A stretch of DNA of 61,672 bases from Octopus bimaculoides (GCF_001194135.2 NC_068990.1:9047814-9109485); one strand, 5' to 3'; positions 39,197 to 51,830 are shown, counted from the stretch's first letter. Notes: generated by a model not told the origin, from the sequence alone. A program made the numbers and translations.

Positions 39197-42100
39197 TACA
39201 CACACAAAGCTTCAGCAGTAAATGAATCGAACCAGACTCACGTAGTTGTGTAACAAACGTAACCACATAACCCTTACCTACACCTTTTATGTTCTGAATT
39301 CAAATACAAGCTGAGGTAGATAAAATAATTACAAGTCAAGTACTGAGGTCAATCTAACCGACTGTATCTGTCCTCGAAATTCATTGTATTGTACATAACC
39401 TAAAAATTGACGGCAGGCATCAAAGGGAATGTCTTAGTTTCCACGTGAAAATACAGAGAGATTTCGAGGTTTTTTTTTTTTTTTTTTTTTTTTTTAGATT
39501 ACGGTCTCACATAAATGTCTAGAAGCTTCTCCCTAAGTTTCAATCCGGAATTTCAACTTCAGGGTTCGTTTTGGTAGTGGCTAAATATTATGTCAATATG
39601 ATCCACGTTATATTAGATAATCTGTGCCTGCCTCTCTCTCTCTCTCTCTCTCTCTTCAAATCGAAGAAAGGAGATTATGCTGTCATCACCATCTTCATGA
39701 TTACAAACTACAATTTCGTGAACTCACAGGATACAACTATTTGCCTTTTATACACACACATGCACGTACGAACACACACAGACACAATAACAACAACAAC
39801 AACAGCCCTTTCAAGAAAATGGACGTTTCAATCTTTTGCTGTGTAAACCTACTGAGCCGTTATGTTCGATATTCACTCTTTGTAACAAACAAAGAAAAGC
39901 AATAAAATGTTTGATTGATGTATGACGACAAATCTCACTTCACTGTTCCTTCGTTCTCGCTTCTGAATGATCCTTAAAATTTTTCTACTTCGTTTCACTT
40001 TAGTCCTTTCATGTCGATAAAATAAAATATTTATTAAGATGATTTATATTGATGCAATGTATTCTAGATGATAATAGGATTATAAAAGAAGAGTATATTT
40101 GATAATTCCTTGCAAGTATTGCTTTTTAAGTTTTGTAAGATAAGAATTGAGAGCTTTCTGGACAGAGGAGTGGAGTGGGGTAGAGGTGTTAAATATTCGA
40201 TGAATCAATAAAATGGAAATGTAGTTTTAAATTTCAAACAATGAGCAAAAATGTTTGAAGACAATATCAAAAGAAATTTAATCCTTTTGATATCAACCCT
40301 CCTGAGATTGCTTCTAGTTCTTTGATACAAACTTCCTGTTTTAAAGCGTTCTAAATTAACATTTTCCTTAAAATTTCATGTTAAATTATGTTCCACTAAG
40401 TTAATGTATTGTATTCTTATTTTCGAAATAAATTGAATGACAGAGGGTGCATTTCAACAGAAATATGGTAACAAAAGGTTCAATCAACGTAAGAAACGAA
40501 ATGTCTTAAAACCATTCTTTATGTAGCCCAGAGAGCTACAACGATGACTGGTGTTGTGTTGTGTACAATTGATGATTTTGTAGTGTACATTTATTTTACA
40601 AGTTACAGTCAGTTGAATTTACTCTAATACGTGATTGATACATATTAAACGAGTCAGAGGAGATTCTACAAGGTTGATAGATTTTCTAGAAATAACAACC
40701 AAATCTCACAAGCCGTACATTTATCGTGTTAAAAGCCACAAAGACACTGGATAATGAAAAAAAAAAGGAAAGAAAAGGTGGGATGGTCAAAACTGGAACA
40801 CTTTGGCCATATGTCTCCTCATTTATGGTTGGCAAACATAATGAAAAAAAATTACTTTATCAATGCCACCAAGCGATATTGGATGGTAAAGTTGATCTTT
40901 GATAGTCTTTGAAGTTTCAATGTGTAGAGATTAAATAATGTCAACACTATCAATCCTCTTCCTCGGCCACACGAAATATTGTGCTTTTGAGTCAAAGAAG
41001 AATATACATTATCGTTATGCTAAAATGGTAGCCAAATCCAGTGATCTAGCGTAGTTTTTTCTAGTTTTTTTTGTTTTTTTGTTTTTTTTTGCCGAGTCTC
41101 TCATTCCACTATTGCAAACACAAGTGTATAAAAGTGGTTATCCTCTGTGGTCCGTACAGCCTGCACACCTCCACCCGACATCACTGGCCAAATCATCTAA
41201 TTTAAAAAGACGCGAGATTGAGGCTGAGTGCGTTTGATTCTAGGCCTCACAGGTCAAAGCTAACCTAGAGCAAAACATTTTGTATTTTGAGTCAAACTAG
41301 GGAGCCTCTACGTGTTTGCTTGGTCTGCTAGAAACAGTAACCAAATCTCCTTCAAGTCACACCGTAATATCGAAATAAAAGGAAAGAAACATTGGAAGAT
41401 ATATACTATGTCTGAAAAAAGACCGGGTAGTCATTGCCAAAATTCTTTTGGCCTTAGGTGTGCTAATGCTGACCTGATGCTGAATAATATCGATCATATC
41501 ATCTGTGTATGATATGATTAATGTGTGAACTTCACTTTGATCTTAGCCAAAAGGCCAAGAAGCGATTTTTGATGTATAAACTTGTTAAAAATGTTCAATA
41601 TAAACATATATTTAACAACAGGAATTGTACTATCTAACCAAACAGAATTATTTAGTTTTGTCTTTGTTCATTGGCAATAGGCATGATGTGTAGTTCTGGG
41701 TTCGATCTCACTGTATAGTACCTTGGATAAATATCATCTATCATGACTTCGAGTCATTCCAGCATTGTAAATAAAACTGGATAGAGAAACTGTGCGGAAG
41801 CCTACTAGACAGGATGTACTTGTGTCATAGTTTCTCTTCACTTTCCCGAACCAGTTTCGATGGCCCACCAGAAGTCATAGACACTGCCCTTCCCTCTTTG
41901 ACTTAGCTATAAAATCATATGGGGTCGGGCTCTGACATTCATGCTTGTAACATTCGATTATATAAGTAGCAGTAATATACTTGGGTAGATTCTAATGAGC
42001 AGATCCCTTTCCATTACGCGCGCGCGTGTGTAGTTTTTATGACGGTCTCTTCGAAGGCAGAATGGTGCTTCTCATTTGAAAAGTGGTTAATCCGTTACGA

Positions 42101-42225
42101 AACATAGTGGGATAATCTCCCAAATTTTTCTGTTTGCAAAAACAATAAGATGCCTTCAAATTTATTTTCTTTCCATAATGTGTTACAAGCTGTAGTTGAA
42201 CTACATTAAATTTATCTTAGATATA

Positions 42226-43431
42226 TCAGGCTGAGTAAAAAGTAAGCAACGTTTTGAAAAAAGGAAATTCATTACAATATATTTCAACAATGCGAAAATT
42301 TTATTCGCCAGAGCAAGTACCATTACAATCAACACATTTTTGCCAACGAGTTACAAGTTTGTTCTAGTAACATAAAAATTTGGAGTTCTGGAGCTGATGA
42401 ACTCTTTGATCGCAATTTCAGCATCGATTTGATTTTTGAACTCCTTCTCTCGCAGGAAATCAAACTGCTTGAAAAAGTGGTAGTCGGTAGGAGAAAGGTC
42501 TGGGGGAGAACTTCGTAGCCAAGTTTCCTCAACTTCTGGAGTGCCATTAGTGAAATGTGTGGTCGAGCATTGTCATGAAGAATGATTGGCCCTCTTCTGT
42601 TGACCATTCTGGGACGGAGGAGTAGCAGTTTTTCTTCATTTTGGCAATTTCATGACAATATGTTTCTGCAGTAATGGTTTTTCCGGGTTTTAAGAAGTTA
42701 TGGTGGATGAGTCCAGCAGTATCCCACCAAAGAGTTACCATAACCTTCTTTTTGAAAAGCTCGGGTTTAGGGAAGGTTTTCGGTGCTTCATTTTGGTCCA
42801 ACCACTGCAAAGAACGTTTTTTTTTTTTTTCCTTTTATTATTATTGTACAGAATCCACTTTTCATCGCAAGTTACAATACGGTCGAGAAATGGATCGGTC
42901 TGGTTACGGAGAAGAAGCTACAGATTTCGTGTCTGCGCATTCAAATCGTATGATACCCATTTGTCGAGCTCTTTTGATTTTCTGATCGCAGGCAGTTTTC
43001 TGGCTAACCTGAAGTTCTTTTGCCAGTTCTCGAGAGGATCTTTCTCAATGACGGTCTTTAATTGACCATCATCGATGACAGATGGGCGTCCACTACGCTC
43101 ACAATCTTCAAGGCTCAGGTTTCCACTGCGAAACCATTTAGACCATTTTTGAACTGACCATTCACTGGTCATTTCTTCACCAAACGTTCTGTTGATATCG
43201 CGAGCAGTTTCAGCTGGGGTTTTTTTTTTAAAGTTGAATAGCAAAATTGCTCGAATATCGCGATTTGGCTGTTCCATTTCAGATGTTTATAACGACGGTG
43301 AAGGGCAAGTCGATATCTGTGTTATCAGACAATTGCAAAAAAAGAATGTTTTTAAAAAATTCAAAATTCTGCAAAATTCCGGTACATATTCTTCATAGTT
43401 CAAAACGTTGCTTACTTTTTACTCAACTTGA
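42226..43431 (-). mobile_element. Full-length decayed mariner (Tc1/mariner) transposon
   Basis: 33-bp TIRs TCAGGCTGAGTAAAAAGTAAGCAACGTTTTGAA and TTCAAAACGTTGCTTACTTTTTACTCAACTTGA (2 mismatches) with TA on both flanks. The transposase is frameshifted across 42918-43277 (HTH, RSGRP), 42547-42810 (KVMVTLWWD..G.IH..FL..G.TI) and 42329-42607 (LHDNARPH). Confidence 0.93.
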
Positions 43432-43470
43432 TATAATGTATTTCATTGTTTTTCTCTTCTTTTTATCCAG

Positions 43471-44117
43471 GTGATGAAGCTGGTGGAAACTTAGCTGCAG
43501 CAGTTTCTCTTAGGCTCGCAGTTGAGACTGCGTTTCCTACTCTAAGAGCTCAAATTCTTATAAGTCCGCCTCTTCAAGCATTTGACTTTCTCACTCCATC
43601 GATGCTGTTTCATGACAAAAGTGTTCCGTTTATAATGAGTCGAAGAATGATCACACAGAATTGGCTCAATTATTACCAAGGTCGCACTAAAAATATTGAT
43701 GAATTTTTGATCAATAACCACACAGCACCTCTTTTGAAAGAATCCGAAGTCTCCCAATTTGTGTCTGTTCGTCAACTACCTGAAAGGTACCAGAAGCAAC
43801 ATACACTTCAAACGTCAACTGACTTTGGTGACGAAAATATTTCTTATGATTTTGAGCCAGTTCTTTTAAACCCATACTTCTGCCCACTGTTGGCACAAGA
43901 TTTCAAAAAGATACCACAAGCATATATTATTTCGGTGGAATTCGATGTTCTAAGAGATGATAGCTTTCTGTTTGTTGAGAGATTGCGTCAATCTGGAGTG
44001 AAAGTATATCACGACCATTTTAACGAAGCCTTTCACGGGATATTAATGTGCGAACATTTTGAAATGAGAGATAAAATCATAGCTTCATTGGTCAGTTTTA
44101 TTAAAGGCAGCATTTAA
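43471..44117 (+). CDS. Duplicate AADAC-like terminal exon B, nucleophile Ser replaced by Glu (alternative last exon or remnant of a paralog)
   Basis: Strong acceptor tttttctcttctttttatccAG in the same phase as exon A. The 647-nt frame is open: (G)DEAGGNLAAAV...LLNPYFCPL...FDVLRDD...FHG...KGSI*. About 98/215 residues are identical to exon A by hand count. Confidence 0.85.
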
Positions 44118-45654
44118 TAGCAATTTTTCTCCATTAAACATTTAATCAATTGATTACACATAATCGTCCGTGCGTATGATTTACGTGTTTATTCGTGAGA
44201 GTGTGTGTATGCATGTACTGACAGCTAATCATTATTTTAAATCAGCAAAAGCACAATTTTTTTATAATTAAAAAAAAATACATGAATAACTATTGTTACT
44301 GTTTTTCATTTAGAGTTTGCATGCTTGGGCGAAATTGAACCACCAGCCAGGTGGTTTGAATCCTACCAGTTACACAGCATTTGGGCCTTGGTTAAGACAT
44401 TTGAATATCATCAACCAAGTCAATCAATTAAAATTTCACATGTAAACCGTGGTAGCACTTTATTATCGATGAGAAGTATCTTGGCTTTCAGTAACCATCA
44501 GAGGAAAACTATCTGAAATGGATATTTTTAACGGAGAACGTAGCCTCTTGTCTGCCAAATAGAACAAAAGTCTGAAATAGCACCATCCTTGTGATTTGCA
44601 AAAAGCTTTATTTACACATAAACTCACGAACGCGTGCGCACACGCATTCACGAATACAAATTATTCTTCCTATATAACTTTCCACATCTCAGCGTCAGCC
44701 TTATGAAACCTAGCCATCTCACATCTAACCTGCTCCGACCCATGAACACAGGCCGCGAGAACATCTCTAAAGTGGTCTTTATAATGTTGCCTCTTTCAGC
44801 AACACAAATACACAATCACTGCAATTATCAAACAAAAAATAGATATATAAATAATGTTACAATCACTCCTAAACACGAACAACTCGATACCCGAACCCTT
44901 GAACACTGGAGTATGTTTTCGGGGTGCGATTTCGTTTGATTATACACATGGGAAACGCAAAAGCAGGCGGCTACATGGCTTTGTGTTCATTGTTGAAAAT
45001 AACGATGTCTCTGCCAATTAGCTGAGCCGTAATCTCAAAACTGTGGCAGCCTATCAAACGAAATCGAACCCGCTAAAGCGTACTCGCAAGTTCAAAGGTT
45101 TAAGGTTGCTACAAATGTTAGGTTTATATGTTTGCATATCGCTCGTTCTTTACATATTGTTTGCTGTTTGTACGCACCCAATACGTACGGCTTATAGCTG
45201 GTCAAGGTGATGTGTAGTGTGACCATCTAATAACGATTCATATCAGAAGGCTGATTTGTACATATAATGTGCCAGTTGGAAAGGAGAGACACAACCGAGT
45301 AGAAGGTTTGGAGAACATTTATTCATATATTTACATGCTTCTGTGTGGGTTATATTTTTGCTGTTAACCATGGTGAGGTATCTCACGAACAGCGCTATGT
45401 TAGAACCTATGCAGTGTTGCTGGTGCTGTGTACGTTGAGATGTTGCTGACGACGTTGGTGAGAGACATGATGGTGGCGACGAAGATGGTGGTCGTTGTAA
45501 TGCTGTTGGACAGGTGTTGTCTGGTGTCGTCGCTGGAACTGGCTGTGTCGTGTGGTTGGTGGCTAGACCTTAAAAGGTCTGGAACCAAAGACCTCGAGAT
45601 AAGGAAAAGTTGAGTTTTTATTAGTAACAGTAAGCTCAAATTGGATTGTGAATA

Positions 45655-45740
45655 GACTGTCTCACGTGATCTTATTTAGGGACTTCGATTGGCTAGGTTG
45701 CATATTGGCGTGATAGAGTAAGGGACAAACCAATCAGAGT
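45655..45740. promoter_or_regulatory. CCAAT-box/E-box cluster (candidate promoter)
   Basis: CACGTG at 45663-45668, ATTGG at 45688 and 45704, CCAAT at 45730, in a locally CpG-rich segment. Confidence 0.4.
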
Positions 45741-46980
45741 GGTGGACACAACAGAGTCCAAACAGCGCCCAAAGATTAGCCGCTACGTTATCATTCGTAA
45801 ATAAGTACCCGAGAGATAGGTTTCACTACACCTTCATTGCAACAGTGGAGGCTTCTTCTGTCGATAACTTGAGTACGTTAAAGACAAGATTGTCCTGGAT
45901 ACGCGTTGAAACATAGGAATACGTCGAAGTCTACTCCCAGGGATGGGGGCTGAGGGGCACGTGCTCCCTCAAGAAAAGAAGCGCACAATTCTAAATAATG
46001 TTATTACGCCCTTTTCTCCTGTAACTGTATTCCCTTCTGACCTTGTGCCTTCCCTTCGAAAAATTCCTGGGATCGACCCTAACTCCAATGTGCTAGTGAC
46101 GAGCTCATTAAACAACTTATTGAATGTTCGGCATGAGTTCTATGCAGGACACTTTCTGTTCTTGCAGAACAAGTATTAGGTTCGTAGACTTGACCAGATG
46201 ATTTTTTTTTTCATGACATAAAGATCTTCCTGCAGCTTGACATGTATCGTAAATATGTATATCTTAGCGGTATGCGTTAATGTATTGCATGTGTTTGAAA
46301 AAAAGCAAGACAGTTACCACAGTTAGTGTCGGCATTAGTCCAAGATTAGGATTAAGAATATAGTTTTAAACTGGGGCTTCGAATCAGAATTAGTATTAAG
46401 ATAAATGTCTGACTATAAAAATATCGTGGGGTGCTATTTAATGACCGTCTTTTTTTCTTTTTTTTTTTTCAAAAATGTACAAGTGTAACGGATGGTATTA
46501 AGTAAAGACTCCTTCTAGTGACTCAATAATTACGTTTTTAGATATAAGCAAGCAGTAAAAAAGAAGTTACATCAATGTATTTATAATAATGATACTAACA
46601 AATGCTTGCACATGCATAGAAATAATAAATGCTGACGCAAGTATAAAATGTTACTTGTAAAACCTATGCACATCAAAGAATTTAGATTCTCTTGCGCAAA
46701 TGAAGTACTACAAGCGCAAGTCAATAACATACTAACAAGTTTGTTGACGAAGCCATAAAACAGTATAGAATATAGAACCAAATTCAATGTAGTAAATATA
46801 TCAAACAGAAAGCGCATCGAGTTAAACATAAGCAAATTACTATGTATCTTGGTTATAGAATATATGTAAATGTTATCAAACAAACTCGTACACCAGGAGA
46901 AGAAAATTAGTAAGCGTTTCACTTAAACGCTTATCATATATTACGGAAACACGAAAATGAAATAAACTCACGAGCAACAA

Positions 46981-47020
46981 CATTGAGCAACATTGAGCAG
47001 CATTGAGCAACATTGAGCAA
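46981..47020. repeat. 10-bp tandem repeat (CATTGAGCA[A/G]) x4
   Basis: Read directly from the sequence. Confidence 0.9.
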
Positions 47021-47827
47021 TGTTGTGTAAAATTTGTAGATCATTCGTAGGAAACAAGGGTTTTTGGATTTTTTTTTCGTATTTCACTTGGCCACTAAGC
47101 TTATCAATACCTACCAATTCGCTTGGATTTTGCAGGAAGGGAGCTGCCACATGACCGCTCGACTTGCTAAAACTACTAACTAAATCTTCGTCAAATTATA
47201 CCGTATCACTGAAAAATAAAGGATACATTGTACGATGCAGCCTGGATTTTAAAATCGATATGGCCACAGCAAGAATGCTTTTGGTCATAGGTCTACTTGT
47301 TCAGGGTAGAGAAAAACGGTAACCGGGCTACGAAATAACAGATCTGCATATAGATCTAAAAATAGCTCACGTCTCATTACTATGAGTCGTACTTCATATA
47401 CATGCAGGGCCGGATTAAGACCCACAGAGGCCCGAATCGTTCAAAATATTTTGGTGTCCCCATATATATGTAATTCAAAATACAAACAATAATAGACCAC
47501 AAAATAAATTTTTATTTTTCAAAATAAAACAAAACTAACAGTAAGATGGAAAATTATGTTTATTTTTTAACACTTCCACAATATTTCTATTTTATAAGTG
47601 TTCTCTTCTTTTTCAATTGCGAAGTATTTGATCAGATCCTCACTATGTTGCCACGAATACTTCGAAATATATCTCCAATCATATAAACCACTTCGAATAT
47701 TATTTTATCAAGTTTAAAGTAATTTCTTTTGTGCCGCAAACCATTTACCATTTCTGTGGTGGCCTCCCCCCCCACTTCCCTTGATGTCCTAAGCACATGC
47801 TTATTTTGCTTAACGATTAATCCAGCG

Positions 47828-47874
<47 letters not shown>

Positions 47875-48569
47875 GTATACAATCTACTCTTCGTTTGTAG
47901 AAAGCCTTGCTGCTAGTAGAGGTAATGGCTTACTGAACTTTTTACAACTTGTCTTTCTCTGGCTGCTTTCAGAGCACCCTCCTCTACTATTGATTATATT
48001 GCCCAGGTAACAGAAGCTGTCTACTACGTCTATAGCACCACCCAAGAATTGAAAGCATTTTATTTTACAACTGATCAGACAATTAAGTATTTTTATACGT
48101 TGACTACATACAAAATCTTTATTCTGTCAGTCTGTCTGTGATTCTAGTTTGTCTTTTGTGTACTCATTGTTCACATTGTAAAAATGAGAAACATTCTCAA
48201 AGAAAAAAAAAAGCCGATTGATTTGCATCCCTGAATACAATCGATCAGATGCACAGTAAAAATTTATATAACACTTCAGGAATTCTCCGGTTGAAATCAT
48301 TGATCTTCAGACAGAATACACTCATACTCACGCACGTAAACAATAATGAAATAGTCATACTTGTGTACTTAGGAGACATGCCCCGCCATTACTACCACAC
48401 AACTAGAGAAGTGCAAGTTTATCATCACGCAAATGCGCACATAAACAGACCAACCAATTCAGATAACCATAAAACCCAAGAGCTCTTTAATACAAAAGAA
48501 CTTTGTCACTTTGTTAGTGACCGGCTTGGATTCTGGAAAGGAAAGACCTCGAATAAATCTCAAAGAAAG

Positions 48570-48621
<52 letters not shown>

Positions 48622-48951
48622 TACATACATACATACATACATACATACATACATACATAAATACATACATACATATCTTTTGAATTTGTTGATGGGAAAC
48701 GTTTTGAATAAGCAAATAAAGCTCTTATTCTATTATGCCAGCCACAGTCTAATGATGCTGACCATCCCAGGAATATGGACTGTCATCTTAAGAGACACGT
48801 AAACTGTGGAAACGCGCGTAGCGATGCTTCATATGTTCATAAATTCCATCCAAGGATTATTGTTATTATTATGACATACATACATACATACATATATACA
48901 TACATACATACATACATACATGCTTTGATGCATACATAAATACATACATAG

Positions 48952-49268
48952 GATAAGAGCACTCCGTCGGTTGCGACGACGAGGGTCCCAACTGATACGA
49001 TCAATGGAACAGCTTGCTCGTGAAATTAACGTGCAAGTGACTGAGCAATCCACAGACACGTGTACCCCTAACATAGTTCTCAGGGAGACTCAGCGTGACA
49101 AGGCCGACCCTTTGAAATACAGGTACTACTCATTTTTGCCAGCTGAGTGCAGTGGAGCAACGTGAAATAAAGTGTCTTGCTCAAGGACACAACGCGTCGC
49201 CGGCAATCGAACTCACGACCTTACGGTCGTGAGCCGAATGCCCTAACCACTAAGCCACACGCCTTCAC
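48952..49268 (-). mobile_element. tRNA-derived SINE inserted in (TACA)n
   Basis: Minus-strand head GGCGTGTGGCTTAGTGGTTAGGGCATTCGGCTCACGACCGTAAGGTCGTGAGTTCGATT. Its tail is shared with the 30111 SINE. Confidence 0.85.
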
Positions 49269-50189
49269 TACATACATACATACATACATACATACATACA
49301 TACATACATACACATATTAGTTCTTCTTTGAAACGTATAACGCGTTTGATAGCTTGCTGATAATTTCCGCATATTGCAGATCTTCGTGTTGAATGCTCAA
49401 GCTATAAATTCTATCCATTATTTGATGCGTATATATAGGTACTGTACAAAACTCGCGAGTTGGACTAAGAAAGAAAGGTTACCAATGGATATTATGACAG
49501 AATAACAAAACTAGGAGAAATGTCGTGAGATATCATGACTAAATGTGCCAGACTGAAGACGAGAAACAGCAACAAAGATATGACAGTTAGGAAAATGATA
49601 CACGTAGTCAGCAATGAGATAGCTGAGTAAAGGAAGTTATCGAAGCGGATGTCATGGAAATTGAACCAGATGAGCCGCGATTCTTCTTGAGAGTGAAACC
49701 CAATGTGCTTCCATCTCCAGCAAATATTTAACGACGAGAGTGAAGTAATCCGTCGATGTAGAGGCTATGCATCGACTGCTGCATATTCTGGCAGCACATA
49801 GATATTTCCCAAAACAAAAATAGTACAGTAGGATTAAAATTATGAAAATCAATACCAATTTGCGCTTTGTTTTCATCAAGGAAAGCTAGAAAGGGCTACA
49901 CAGCAGCATAAACAAAAAGGGATCCAAGATTCAAATTTCTAAATAACAGTAAAAACTAGATGCAGGAGTATTTGGAAGAAGAGCTCTTGTTTCTAAACCA
50001 TACAGTTTTAAAATGCATTGGCTTTATAACGTGATCTAATACGACAAAAACTTAGTGATTATTAAACTGACCGTACCTTGGAAATACAACATGGAGTGGG
50101 CACGTGAAAAGAAATTCCTAAATGACGAAAGACTTGGACGAGTCGTGTGTAGTACAATTCACCAACAGAGGTGGGATATCGTGGGGCGC

Positions 50190-50352
50190 TGCGATATACT
50201 GGTGTGCCACGAGACGTTGCTATGTGTGTTGCAGTGTAACTTGATTATAACTTTTTTCCCCATGCTTTTAGTTATATTTTCAGTTCAGGTGTGCCGCCGA
50301 ATTTTGAAAAGAATGTAAGAGTCCCACAAGTGAAAAAAGGTTGCGGAGCATT
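50190..50352. mobile_element. Dispersed hAT-like MITE segment, second copy at about 61270-61430
   Basis: Shared sequence GCTGCGATA.ACTGGTGTGCCACGA...TTCAGGTGTGCC...CAAGTGAAAAAAGGTTG.GGAGCA at both positions. Confidence 0.6.
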
Positions 50353-50583
50353 GGCTTAGCAGAATAGTTTGTAAAATATAGAGTAAAACAGAGAAATGTT
50401 TCGTCATTGACATGACAACAGAATTAGAGAGGACGATAGCAAAAGACAAATTCCTAACAAGTAGTACAACAAAATTGTTGATGTATGGTTGGTGTGGTTA
50501 CAGCTGTACACGGTATAAATGAAATGAGTTGGGTAAAAAGCATGTTACCGCGTAGGCCAAAAGAGGCTGAGGAGAACAATACA

Positions 50584-50976
50584 GGGTGCCGGTGTAATAT
50601 GTGATCTACATGCCATTGTGATCTGCAGCAACTTAAATCTAGACTAGCTTGTGATTTGCAATTATACTTAGAGGAGTTAAACAGAGTTCATAGCGTCTGA
50701 GAAATTCTATTGCAGCTTCTTCATCTCGAATAACCTGTGTGTAAAATTATTTTGCTCTCATCACAACTTCTTTCAATGGGCTCCGGATAAAAAGTGTATA
50801 AATCATAAAAGTATTTTTTGGTTTATATACCAAACCAACTGGAAGTCGAGTAAATAGATGAATTTTGAATGTAGAACAGAAAGTCGGTGTGGATCACAAA
50901 CTATACCAATTGAACTGATGTAGATCACAAGGTATACCAGAAACATGTATGTAGATCACATACTACACCGGCACCC
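50584..50976. mobile_element. MITE with 28-bp TIRs and subterminal GATCACA repeats
   Basis: GGGTGCCGGTGTAATATGTGATCTACAT and ATGTAGATCACATACTACACCGGCACCC (1 mismatch). Confidence 0.72.
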
Positions 50977-51159
50977 AATACTGTTGAAGGTGCCTAAATC
51001 CTTGTAACAGATGACGAAGTGAATGCTCCAGAGAACAAGTTGTATATGAAATACGATAATAATGTTCATGTGTGTAGGTGTTTTGGAGAGTTTATTTGTT
51101 AATATGAATGCACACCTGAAGAATAACTTAAAACGTTACGTTTGTAAATCCTTCAGCGA

Positions 51160-51210
51160 TTTTTTATGACGTCACGAGCTCTATGGTGATTCGTCATGTC
51201 ACGTAACACT
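51160..51210 (+). promoter_or_regulatory. Candidate FEM1-like promoter elements (CRE/ATF)
   Basis: Perfect TGACGTCA at 51167-51174 and CRE-like TTCGTCA and GTCACGTAA at about 51190-51206, roughly 70-100 nt upstream of the inferred start codon. Confidence 0.45.
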
Positions 51211-51272
51211 TTGTTTTTTGAAACTAATAAGGAGAAACACGAGCAGTTTGGATTTTTACTCTACAAGTCAAC

Positions 51273-51795
51273 ATGGGTAAGCAATATTCATTCTTTTGAA
51301 AATCTCTGAGTTAATTGAGAGGGTTTCAGTAAATAATCTACTGATTAAATTTGATTCCGGCCGGAAATTTAAATTCAGAAAGCGAAGGGGTAAAACTTAA
51401 TGTCTATAATTGTTGCTGTTGTTGTTATTGTTGATGACGTTGTAGCTATTGTTCTTTTTGTACTTTACCCAGTAGTAGAACAATACTTCATGTGTCTGTT
51501 TTGCTTTTAAGATGGTAAGAAGTGATTTGAGAGTGACTAGCTGTTATTTCTAGCAGCTAGAGCTCCCTCGTTAGTTCGTAATTACATAGTCATTTAGAAC
51601 CTTCAGTTTATGTGATTAATTACGGTAATCATTTAAATTGCATGCTGTGTTAATAAAGACTCTTTGGCGCGTGTTGGATCGTTAACACACGATCACTTCA
51701 TTACATCTAAAGATGACCGCTGATAAATAACATTTTGTAATTATATCGAAATATTCTCATCAGATAAATTATCTGTTTGCTATTTGTTTTTCGCG

Positions 51796-51830
<35 letters not shown>

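Noticed and set aside
48249-48683. 144-aa ORF ending in HTHT/YIHT repeats
   Set aside because: The tail is (CA)n/(TACA)n microsatellite and the front resembles a decayed LINE 3' end; it is not a credible gene. The same applies to the other HTHT/YIYI ORFs.
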